Below, piece by piece: positions 49,335-60,151 of a stretch of 64,000 bases of DNA. Made by a program: the position numbers and the translations under genes. Numbering within the stretch: the stretch's first letter is position 1; every line of letters begins with the position of its first letter. Below the pieces are notes generated by a model. It saw only the letters and a program-made list of their open reading frames with translations, did not search any database and was not told the origin of the DNA. The stretch comes from Eledone cirrhosa. Its lineage: Eukaryota. Location of the stretch: the NCBI GenBank assembly GCA_964016885.1, contig OZ024762.1:4712001-4776000 (forward strand), in the 5' to 3' direction.

Positions 49335-49609
49335 GATAACTTTGACTCTGTTATATAGAAACTACGTAATATGACAGCTGTAGCTTGATAATGTATGATT
49401 TCCCTATTAAGTGGCTGTCACGGTAACAGTTACATATGCCAAGTTTGGGAGGATGGGTGGTCGGTGTTTGATTTTCCAAATTTGGAGGTTGAGTATGGTT
49501 TGGTTTGGCAGGAGTCATGGGTACAGATTAGCATTTGGTTTTGGGCTTAGGGTGTTTACTGAGCATTTCTAGACTGATTGGAGCAATAAGTAAGAATTTT
49601 ATATAGCTA

Positions 49610-50105
49610 CTCCCACTGTTGACAATAAAAAGTTTCTCCGTAGGTACAAAAGGACAACTGTATGATGCCTGTGGGCGAAGGGCAATGCTGCATGGTAGAG
49701 AAACATGGGCAGTGACTGAGGAGGACATGCATGGGTGGGAGAGAAATGAAACAACCATGTTTTGTTGGATGTGCAATGTAAATGTAAGAGAAAGGTAGAG
49801 CTTGGATAAACTGAGGGAGAAACTGGGTTTAAGAGGAATCCGAAGAGGTGTGCAAGAGAGAAGACTGCATTGGTACGGACATGTGATGCACTAGGTGAAG
49901 TGCCAGGAAATCCCAGTGGAGGTAAGCCACAGTAAAGGTAGATGAAGGAAGACCAGGACAGAGGTGGTGAGAGCTGATCTCAAATTACTAAGACTCACAA
50001 AACAGATGACGAAGGAATGCAGTGAGTATAGAGATACTACGCTGAAAAGGACCCATCCAACCCATGCAAGCGTAGAACAAACATAAAAACAATGATGATG
50101 ATGAT
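49610..50105 (+). mobile_element. RTE-type LINE 3' fragment with (ATG)n tail
   Basis: Encodes LHGRETW and RRLHWYGHVM; ends CCCATGCAAGCG...ATGATGATG; an inverted relative lies at 23480-23845. Confidence 0.8.
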
Positions 50106-50592
50106 ATATATATAAAATAATAAGGAGTAGCAATGAGGTATCAATATACCATTATTATATTTATTCAAGGGCAGTGGATTGGCAGTATCGGTAGAGGGTC
50201 GGATGCCCTGCTTTGCGGCATAGATACGCCCCTTTACAGAGTTCAAATCCCACCGAAGTTAACTTTGCCTTTCATCCTTACGGGTCGATAAAATAAAGTA
50301 CCAGTAATGCACTGGGATAATTGTTGGCTTTGTGCCAAAAGTAGAAACAAATATTATATTTATTCACATGTGACATGCATGTAGGTCCAACTAATTCCAG
50401 CGTCAGACCCGACTCTGGAATGGATTAGACCCACATTGGTGAACCAATATTAACTAAATGTTACACTCCAATAAACTCTGTGTGTGTGTGTGTGTGTGTG
50501 TATGCAAAAAGTCAACAGAAAACAACAAAGAAAATAGAAAAGTCTTCCAAAAGTATCAAAACCCAAATAAACAAGTAAATCATTATAATTAC

Positions 50593-50972
50593 CATTTTAC
50601 ACTTTCTTTGCCAGAATATAGTTTCCCACCATCTTTGTTAGCTTTCTTACTACTGCCACTGCGGATTTTCTCCTTTGTGTTGTCGGAACTATCGTCTTTG
50701 TTGTAGTATTTATTATCTGCCTTCTTGTTTGGCGCCAAATGGAACGTCTCAAAATCTCCTTTGCTCTTGGTCATATCGGCAAGGCTGGTTCTCTGTAAAA
50801 CTGCATCAGAGGAGCCACCACTTGGAGACTTGCTCTTGCTTGTATGGATGGCTACCTCTCCACAGGATGTAGAGGAGACTGGGTGAGGCTTGTCAATGAG
50901 TTCAGCATCCTCATGGCCATTGGCAGAACTCAAGGATAGGCAGCTTTCACTTTCTTCTTTACAACTGCTCAT
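50593..50972 (-). CDS. UPF2: UPF2 coding exon 1 (MSSCKEES...SGKESVK); low-complexity N-terminal extension
   Basis: Acceptor TTTCATCTAG precedes 50990, ATG at 50972, donor TG|GTAATT. Ends in phase 2, matching the next exon. Assigned by phase continuity, not homology. Confidence 0.78.
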
Positions 50973-51347
50973 GATAAACAGCTTTTAAATCTAGATGAAA
51001 AAATACAAAAAAAAACAAAACACATTTAACCTCCTCCAATGAATTATATTGCCTATGGTTTTCAAATAATTTTGAAAATATTCAAGAATTTAAAGGGGTT
51101 TAGTAACATTTACTTTACTCTATATTTACTACAGTGAGGTTCCGTTATAATGAAATTCACGGGGTATAAGAAAAAATATAAATATACCAACATAGTATAC
51201 ACCGAAAGTTAGTTTACAAAACAACAAATGTTATATTGGTCAAATCACAATTTGACGATGTAAATTGGAAAAATTGGGTCAACCGCAACCTTATACACAC
51301 GCAAGTAAGTTCAGTTCAATGTTCTGCTATACGTGTATAGATTGACT

Positions 51348-51687
51348 TGTAACATCCGTATCTCCAAATAGTGTATGTTATGGTATATACACATCCGTAT
51401 CGTGCCTTTTGTGTTGGATAACACACCTCCACCACTCAAACATCTATCTTAAAAGCCCAAGGGCCCATATGACAGGAAATCGCACATACTGACACCTTAA
51501 CCCAAATACCCAACCCTTCAGAGCCCCTTGGTGGCCTACATAGCGGTTGTTTGCACGCACAGATTTGGGGACTCAGATTCTCAATGGGACAACGGCACAT
51601 ACTGAGTTCGATATGAGCTGACTACTTGCTCTTCACATGGATGTGTATATACCATAACATACACTATTTGGAGATACAGATGTTACA
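51348..51687. mobile_element. Non-autonomous TIR element with TGT...ACA ends
   Basis: ~50-bp TIRs TGTAACATCCGTATCTCCAAATAGTGTATGTTATGGTATATACACATCC and its reverse complement with one mismatch; no clear TSD. Confidence 0.75.
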
Positions 51688-51689
51688 AT

Positions 51690-53465
51690 TCCGGAGAAGG
51701 GGAAGGAGAATATGGAGGTGATGAGGGCAGAATTCTGTACCGCTTACACTGAGGCCAGAGAGGAGGCAGATAGAGAAGATCAGAAGTGTGGAGAGAGTGG
51801 ATGGCAGGTCTGGATGTAAGGAGAGCTAGATGATCATCAACAAGATCACAGGGAGGAAGAGAAGGGGTTCGAGTCAGATCCAGAGAACAGGGCATGAGGA
51901 TAGGAAGAGGAAATGGCTGGACCATTTTAGGACCTTACTAGGAGAGCCGCCCTCCACAGCCCAGAACACTGAGGAGATCAGGCAGCAGTTTGAGGAACTG
52001 GATATTGAGACAAGACCCTTCACCAGAGAGGAGCTTCAGAGAACCAGGAAGATCAAGGAGGGTAAGGCTCATGGAGAAGATGGAATGGCATCAGAGGTGA
52101 TGAAGAGGTGTGATTTTGATGATATCATCCTGGGGTTCTGTAACCAGGCACTGGAGAAAGGAGTTGCCCTGAATCAGTGGAGGGTCAGTAACATCGTCCC
52201 AGTGCCAAAAAAGGGAGATCTCTCCAACACCAACACCTACAGGGAGATCTCACTGACGTCACTTGTGACAAAGACTCTCAACAGGATGATTCTTAACAGG
52301 ATCCAGCCCGAGATGGAGAAGCTCAGGGACAACGAGAACGGCTTCAGAGAGGGAAGATCAACCACTAGTCACATCCTGATGCTGAGGAGGATATTAGAGG
52401 AAGCTAGAGCAAAGAGCCTTCCTGCTGTCATGGTTTTCACTGACTTTAGGAAGGCCTTTGATTCTGTGGTCCGTTACTGCCTGATGAAGATCTTACAGGC
52501 TTATGGAACCCCCAAGAAGATAGTGGACCTGATATCACTGCTCTATACCAACACCAAAGCTCAAATCATTACACCTGATTAGACGACGGAGTTCCTTGAT
52601 CATTTTTATCATCGCGATGGACTACTGTATGCGCCTTGCGCTGGAGAAACACCAGGATTCTGGCTCTACTGTAACACTAGCTCAGAGCAGGAGAGTTAAG
52701 GCGAAAAAGATATCAGATGCTGAATTTGCTAACGATATAGTTCTGGTGAGAAACAGTGAAAGAGGGAGAGGAGTTGATGCAGGAGGTAGAGACTGTGGGG
52801 CTGAGAATGAATGAGATTAAGACGAAGTATCTAGTAGAGAATATTAAGAAGCCAGAGAAGATTATGAATGTAGGCGGGAAGCCGCTAGAATTGGTTGAGG
52901 ACTTCCTGTATCTGGGAGCAAAGATTGGAAACACAGAGGATGATGTGGTTGAGAGGAAGAGCAAAGCCTGGGCGGCATGGAAGTCGGACCTTCATAAAGA
53001 CCTGAAAATCCATCTCTTCGTTGCTACAGTGGAGTCTCTGCTGCTGTACGGGTCTGAGACTTGGACACTGACCAAGAAACTCACTCAGATGGTGGATGGA
53101 TGCTACACGAGAATGCTGAGGATGGCTCTGAACATTAATCAGTATACACTGAGGATGAAGAACTCAGAGCTGTACGGGAGCCTCCCAAAAGTCAGCTCGA
53201 AAATAATACAGAGGAGACTGATGTTAGCTGGACATGCTCATTGACATCCAGAGTTGACACTGCACTCAGTGCTCTTGTGGGAGCCCTTGCACGGACACAC
53301 TGGAAGAGGAAGACCGAGGTTGACATATGTTGATACCCTAAGGACAGACACCAGTCTCTTGGAGATGCAGGACATGGCGGCGATGATGAAGGACAGAGAC
53401 CACTGGAGAGAACTCGTCCATGGATCTCGGGAATTTTATCTGCCCTAGATAGATAGATAGATAGA
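51690..53465 (+). mobile_element. 5'-truncated, decayed RTE-like non-LTR retrotransposon (reverse transcriptase pseudogene)
   Basis: IVPVPKKGDLS...YREISLTS, NGFREGRSTT, FTDFRKAFDSV, FANDI, FLYLG, LLYGSETW, GRPRLTY motifs. Contains a stop, frameshifts and a deletion of the QG motif. (TAGA)n tail. Confidence 0.93.
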
Positions 53466-54222
53466 TACATGTACATTTACACACATACACACACTCCCAG
53501 ATATATATATTGAGTGAGTGTGAAAGACCAAAGGTCATTATTGAAAGTCTCTGGATGCCTATTTCGCAAGGTACTTTATATTTTTTTTATTGGAGAAGGT
53601 AACAACGATCACTTGCATACTCTACTCTCAATAACAGTATATTATACATTCACAATTATTAAAAAATTTAATTATAACATTCTGTATTAACATGTAGTAT
53701 TACTGTATACTGCCAGTAATATGTACAGTCATAATTAGCACATAACTATGTACATCATAATTATTTTTAAAAAATACACTTTTTTTTCCGAAAAAATTCC
53801 ATTGCACTGTTTTGTTTTTACTTATGTATTTTTTGAAAATGTTATTTATTGATTATAAAAATTAAATGATAGCATTCTATATATGGATGGGTCCCCTTTA
53901 TCTTCTTTAGTTACATACACACACATCTACACGTAAATACATAAACAGATACAAACAACAGTAGGAAGTGGCTGGTGAAACACTATACCGATGTGTGTTG
54001 CGTCCCTTTACGGTTTACCGGTTAACAGACGGAGATTTATGAAAACATTAACAGAAGTAGATACAATAATAAAAGTATTAGAGTCTCTTCTTCATTTCCG
54101 AATATTCCTAATAAGTTTACACTTTCGAGAGATGGAGGGAAAACTAAACAGTACTGTAATTCTTCGTTTAAAGATCACAGATAACTTCCAGTAATTTCCG
54201 TAAGGGTAAAGTGACCTTATAA

Positions 54223-54255
<33 letters not shown>

Positions 54256-54373
54256 CATACACATATATAAAGAGAGAGCGCGAGGTATATATACAAACTT
54301 ATTTCATCATATATATATTTATATATAGATGTGTGTATACCAACTTATGATTTCATTGTATATATATATATAA

Positions 54374-54435
54374 AATGATATTAAATAAATGGAAACTATA
54401 TTTATAAATATAGTTTCCATTTATTTAATATCATT
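54374..54435. repeat. 62-bp perfect loop-less palindrome
   Basis: AATGATATTAAATAAATGGAAACTATATTTA followed directly by its reverse complement. Confidence 0.92.
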
Positions 54436-54555
54436 GAATACTTACTCCAGAAACTGTCGAGTGCTCTGAATCAGTTATAAACATCTATATTTGTTGGATT
54501 TCCAACAAATTAAATATCTCTTCTACATATTTATATATATTTAATATATTTAATA

Positions 54556-54599
<44 letters not shown>

Positions 54600-54655
54600 T
54601 TAGTTCGGATCCAGTTGTCGAAACGGCCGGAGCTCAGCCGTCAGGGCCCTGACTC

Positions 54656-54688
<33 letters not shown>

Positions 54689-54895
54689 TAACTTTCTCCA
54701 TAATGCATATTTAGCAAATGTTTATACTATAAAAGTATAATGTTTATACTATAAAAGTTTTTCTTTTAATTGTCATTTTTCACTCACGGAAATCACCGGA
54801 ATTTGTCTGCGATCTTAACACCAACGATTACCAACTGTGGTTTACACCGTAATTGCAAGACACCTAATAGGTAGAATGTAAATAATTGTATATAC

Positions 54896-55369
54896 CTGTC
54901 GTAGAATAATAGGAAGCGAAAGCCCGAGTGTTTTAGTTGGTGTGAGAGACGAGGAAACTAAGGCAGGGTTGTTGTAGTACGGACAGTGTCCATAACAATA
55001 AAACTGGGTAGGGTGGGAAATAAAAATATATACACAACTAATCACACATGGGACGTTTCTAGTAAAACCACAAACATCATTGTTGTGGTGTCTGATGATG
55101 ATGACGACGACGATCGTTGATAGTAAAATGTGCATGGGAAAGGGGAGACAACTGGGTTTGATAGCGGAAAGAGAGGTAGACAAATGCCTTCCGCTAATAC
55201 GACCGCATGTGGAAGAAATACACACAAGATTTACACAGGAAGTTATGGGTGAATCGTAAAAATCACGAAAAAAAACACCAAAACAGTTGTCTTCAAACTT
55301 TGAGAGGGTGGGGGAGGAGAGAAATCTTTGTGTGAGGAGAATAAAATTACTATACATCTACCGGAAGTG
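54896..55369 (-). promoter_or_regulatory. Probable UPF2 promoter / non-coding first exon
   Basis: Repeat-free, visibly CpG-enriched island upstream of coding exon 1, which itself begins with an acceptor. Donor-like ACAG|GTATA at 54896/54895. ETS/GABPA-type CCGGAAGTG at 55361-55369. Confidence 0.5.
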
Positions 55370-55398
55370 AAACTAATGCTGATATATATATATTACCG

Positions 55399-55432
<34 letters not shown>

Positions 55433-55570
55433 TGTTAAAAAGCAGTATATAGTTTGTGTATATGGTGTATGTGTATATATATATATATATATATATACCA
55501 TATACCAGCATAACTCTGATTTTGCGTTTCGTTTCGCTTTTTCTACCCGCCGAAATGCGATTCTCGCTGA

Positions 55571-55610
<40 letters not shown>

Positions 55611-55659
55611 GCAGTATATAGTTTGTGTATATATATATATTAAAAAGCAGTATATAGTT

Positions 55660-55731
<72 letters not shown>

Positions 55732-55878
55732 AACTGATTAACTGCCTGATGAGGTCATAGCCATTCAATGGCTATCATCGAAATATATATAGCAGTAAAT
55801 AAAGGATTATGAGTTCATGCAATTGACTTATGTTTCGTCACTATATATATATATATTAAAAAGCAGTATATAGTTTGA

Positions 55879-55916
<38 letters not shown>

Positions 55917-56039
55917 ATAAGTTGAAGGGAGTAGCATGGGTTTCATTGCTAGTACCTGTTATATATAATAATCATGGGTCCGGGTAAATATTTCATTCAT
56001 ATTTTGTTTGACCCGTTTAGCTTGCTTTGTTTTTTTTAC

Positions 56040-57162
56040 GCTTCATTCATGGCCGCGGTACAACTGGTGCCATCTTCATTGTCAGCAGGCTGCAGAAGAA
56101 GTTCATCGGTGTCAGAAAACCCTTATACATGGCCTTCATAGACCTGGAGAGGGTTGTCGATCGAGTACCCATGTGGGTCATTTGGTGGTCTGTGAGGAAA
56201 CTTGGTGTGGAGGAGTGGATGATAAAGCTCGTTCAGAGAATATACCAGAATGTCCACAGTTCAGTTCGGATCAGAAGTAGCCTGAGCGAAGAGTTTGAAG
56301 TCAATGTCGGTGTGCAACAGGGCTCCTGTCTCAGTCCACTGCTCTTCATAGTCATCTCGGAGGCCCTATCTCCAGAATTCTGTACAGGCTGCCCTTGGGA
56401 AGCCTTGTACGCTGATGACCTCACCATCATGGCAGAAAGCATGGAGCGGCTGCTCGAGAAACTGGAGCGCTGGAAAGATGGAATGAGAGCAGAGGACTAC
56501 GTGCTAACATGGGCAAAACCAAGGTTCTTATTTCTGGCTCTGGCCTGGACACTCTCTGGAAATCGAAGAGGTACCCATGTGCCGTTTGTCTCAAGGGCAC
56601 AGGTCGGGTGCTGTTTTCTGTGGGGGTTGCTCTATATGGGTACACAAGAGATGCGGTGGTCTAACCAACGGACGACTTCAGATGCAAAAAGTGCCATGGA
56701 ACAGCAAGACCAATTGACTGTCGGCCTTTCACAGAGGTGCCTATTGGTGAGGACAAGCTGGAAGTGGTGGCATCTTTCTGCTACCTGGGTGACATGTTGT
56801 TGGCTGAAGGAGCCCAGCTCGCTGCCATCGCACCGTGCAACTCCGCATCGAACAGGTTTAGGCAGCTTCTCCCAAAACTCGAGACCCGCTGGCTGCCATT
56901 AGTCACAAAGGGGCGGATTTACAATGCCTGTGTGAGAAGCATGTGGCTCCACGCCAGCGAGACCTGGGCCATGTCATCCGACCTTCTGAATCGGCTCAGA
57001 CGAAATGACAGAGCTATGACCCGCTGGATGTATGGTGTGACCACTGAGGATGATGTCAGCTCAACTGAGCTCCTGAAAAGACTGCTGATCGACGGCCTCC
57101 AGGATGTGCTTTACATGAGACACATGCACTGGTACAGCCATGTCAAGCGTAGTAGAGGCTGA
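56040..57162 (+). mobile_element. Decayed RTE-type LINE fragment (RT, PHD-like finger, C-terminus)
   Basis: GRGTTGAIF, AFIDLE...DRVP, GVQQGSCLSPLLF, YADDL, FCYLGD, LHASETW, WYSHV motifs; frameshifts. Confidence 0.93.
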
Positions 57163-57681
57163 GGAAGGACTTGGATGGAGGTTGTCCATCGGGATCTTCT
57201 TATATATATGGTATGGTCCCGTAACTCTTGATAGAGTCGTAGGGGCGCCGTATTGACATACAGCGTTTCTTGGGCATTTTAAGCCTGGCGCAGCCCACCC
57301 CTCTCCAGGCCTGAGTACAGCAGATTTCTTCCAGAGAGAGGAAGAATCCACCCCAGTACTAGACTGGTACTTTTTTTATCGACCTCGAATGGATGAAAGG
57401 CAAAGTTGATCTTGATATATATATAGAGAGAGATTTTCACTCTGAAACTGGATCTACACCCGGAGTTTACCTGAACTTCCACCAGGAAATCTTTTCGTAT
57501 CATTGATATTTTCTTTGCTTCTTGCATTATTTAAATATTCCACGACTCTCTATCACTTTTCCTCCACTATACTCTTCTCACTTCCACCTTCTTCCTCTCT
57601 CACCCCAGTACCTTCAAAATGCCCACATTTTTTCCGATTCCTCCCTGCCCGTCCCTTCAATCTATCTAATTTCTCATTCTT

Positions 57682-57717
57682 TCTTCTGATGAAAGACTAG
57701 CGTCCGAAACGTTAAGA
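57682..57717 (+). ncRNA. Minimal type I hammerhead-ribozyme-like motif (Penelope-type)
   Basis: UCUU-CUGAUGA-A-AGAC uagc GUCC-GAAAC-GUU-AAGA: both core boxes, stem I UCUU/AAGA and palindromic AACGUU stem III; one stem II mismatch. Confidence 0.6.
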
Positions 57718-58029
57718 CCCTCTTCCCGCTATTTCAAGCGTTAACCCAATATATTCCTTCCATATACTGTACCGATTGTGTTGTTATTTCTGTTTACCTT
57801 TTACATACATATATATAAAACCAGTTGTTTTTAGAAATAAACTCGTCCAAACTTCACAATATTTTAATGCATTTTTTAAAATATATAAATTGTGTTTATA
57901 TACTAAAAACAGGATAAAGCTTTCCTGTGGAGTCTCTGGCTAAAAGCCTTCTCACCATACACAAATGTTCAAAAGCCCTTTAATCCCTTACTGTATGAAA
58001 CCATTCAAAACAAAACCAAACAAAATATC

Positions 58030-58490
58030 GGTCAAGCCCGTAGCAGTGGAGACTGCTGGTGTTCTTGGCCCTAGGGCCACCTCCCTACTCACCATCATCG
58101 GTACAGAGTTGGCTACCCGCGGGTGTGAGCCTCGACAGCTGGAATGGCTCTTCCAGCAAGTCTCCCTTACCATCCTCCCAGGAAGCGCCTTTTCTATTCT
58201 ATCCGCCGCCGGGGCCGTGGAGCGATCAGCGCCTGGGCCTCCATCGGTACAGAGTTGGCTACCCGCAGGTATGAGCCTCGACAGCTGGAATGGCTCTTCC
58301 AGCAAGTCTCCCTTACCATCCTCCCAGGAAGCGCCTTTTCTATTCTATTCGCCGCCGGGGCAGTGGAGCAATCAACGCCTGGGCCTCCATTTGCCCCCAA
58401 TAATGAGAGATGGGGAGAGCGGGAAAGACGGAGGCAGTGACAATGACAAAGTTTGGTTCTTTTGTGTTCGGACCTGGAGATGTGTATATA
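58030..58490 (+). mobile_element. 3' end of an RLE-type (CRE-like) non-LTR retrotransposon with an internal ~146-bp duplication
   Basis: PVAVETAGVLGPRA...WLFQQVSLTILPGSAFSIL; GTACAGAGTT at 58101 and 58247; related to 42233-42760 and 61478-61575. Confidence 0.78.
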
Positions 58491-59112
58491 AGAGAGAATG
58501 AGTCTCCCCCACCAGCAACACTTGATACAGCTTCCAATCGATGATACTACCAACTTTAACACATGTTGCTAGTTTATTTAATGCAAATATATTCTCGTTG
58601 TTCTATTTCCGCTGAGAAAAATGCATGTGTGAGGTCACACCATGACGCCTGTAACATAAGTAGACACGCTTACGCAACAGTGCTGGACTTAGCTATAGCT
58701 TAGGGTCACATCCTTGGAGAGGCGGGGGGGCATTACAAAAATATTTTTTTTTATTTTATCATTAGTTGTTATTCTTTAACACTAAATCATAAAAAATTAT
58801 TATTGTCTCTTTATATATATATATATATATAAATATATACATGTTTATCCCGGGTTCAATCGGGGATAACCACAGTAAGGAAGGTACTCAATACATAGAA
58901 GAGTATAAATATTTAATATAGAAATGGCTTCTACATGTCTAGAACTGTTTCATTCGAAGTAAATCATCAGAAAAGCGCTTTCCTGATGATTCCCTCCGAA
59001 TGAAACATCATCATTCTACGTCCACTTTTCCCTGCTTGCAAGGGTTGGACGGGTCCTATTCAGCACAGCATCTCTCCACTTGTCACGGTCCTTCGTCATC
59101 TCCTCACATATA

Positions 59113-59245
59113 TAGTGGTTAGGATTCCTGGCTTTCACCCAGGCGGCCCGGGTTCGATTCTCGGGATGGGAACTCTAATCGTTCAAGGGCGGTGCCCCAG
59201 CATGGCCTCAGCCGGATGGCTGGAACAGGTAAAAAAGTAAAAGAG
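59113..59245 (+). pseudogene. tRNA-Glu(TTC)-derived pseudogene / SINE head
   Basis: TAGTGGTTAGGATTCCTGGCTTTCACCCAGGCGGCCCGGGTTCGATTC...GGGAA with an intact anticodon arm (TTC at 59134-59136). The 5' acceptor strand is lost. It is followed by the GCCCCAGCATGGC tail also seen near 8372 and 37268. Confidence 0.8.
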
Positions 59246-60151
59246 TATATATATATATATATATATATATACACAAATGTGAGGTATCAAAACATCAAAT
59301 ATGTTTGATTTTTGTGCTTCTCAATAAAAAAAAAAAGCTCAATCTCTCTATATATACATGACTTCTACAGGACTAGAACAGTTCCAGTTCTGTAGAAGTC
59401 AGTTCTATATTAAATAAAGAAGCTTCCACTTTACTAATGTATTGAGTACCTTTTTTAACTGTGGTTGGGTTACCCCACTATATTACTCAGGATCTACACA
59501 CACACATATATATATTAGTTATTCTTTATCATTAACATTATTATAAAAAATAATAATCATGTATAATTGTTATAGCCGAATTTTTTTATAGAAGGGCCTC
59601 AAATTTCATATAGCTTAGGGCCCCAGCAGTGAACGTCCGACCCTGGCGCAACAACATAGTCCTCCGTGCTAACGAATGCTGGTAGTTGTTGGGAACAGTG
59701 TATTACCTGGGAATTTGCTGCAACTGTCTCAGATTGTTGTTATTCACCTGATCAGTGTTCGATCCCCAGAGTCCATCCAGAGGGGAGTTGACAAACTGAG
59801 GCGATGGAGGGGGGGAGCCTGTGTCCATCAGCAACTTGCTAGTGTGGCTCTCCAGACAAGACAGCAGAATACATCCTACGTGCAGATCTGCCAACCACTA
59901 AAAACTCAAAAGGGGAATACCATGAAAGAAATTGCCCCAAAACGGGGAGAAATGAGGCAAAATGGAGAGATTTTACATAATGGAAGCTACACCCATTTTC
60001 ACAAAAGAAGACATCTCTCACCCACCCCAAAGTGTGTGGAAGATCTCCCCATCGGACTGGGAGAGTTGACAGGTCTGTAAATGAGTGACCGGATCCCCAA
60101 CCCCACCTGAGAGTGTGGAGCTCACAGGCCCTAATCCTACTACCGTAAGCT

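Larger units (their letters stand above)
192..50972 (-). other. UPF2: UPF2 gene span (36 coding exons in window; 3' end runs off the left edge)
   Basis: All exons join in phase with GT-AG boundaries to give 1314 codons. Hallmark UPF2 segments: FFSKLDSNLRKNTAFVRKL, LNLSKYIGEA, DLLPFYSRLVATL, KTVRFIGELVKF, HHNIEMACALLETCGRYLYR, NQRRVSAIKYLGELYNYR, DHLFRIRLVCVLLDTCGQYF, DEDFLSAFDRMM, FVLMTKKGNKQQ. Confidence 0.97.

Noticed and set aside
54842-55357. 171-aa ORF as an independent protein gene
   Set aside because: No recognisable domain and non-coding-like composition; better explained as promoter or 5' UTR sequence.
51830-57162. Active reverse transcriptase genes
   Set aside because: Both LINE copies are 5'-truncated with frameshifts; the first also has a stop, a deletion and FANDI in place of the YADD motif.
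59101-59172. Functional tRNA-Glu gene
   Set aside because: The 5' acceptor and D-stem strand is replaced, so the acceptor stem cannot pair; it is followed by a SINE tail rather than an oligo-T terminator.
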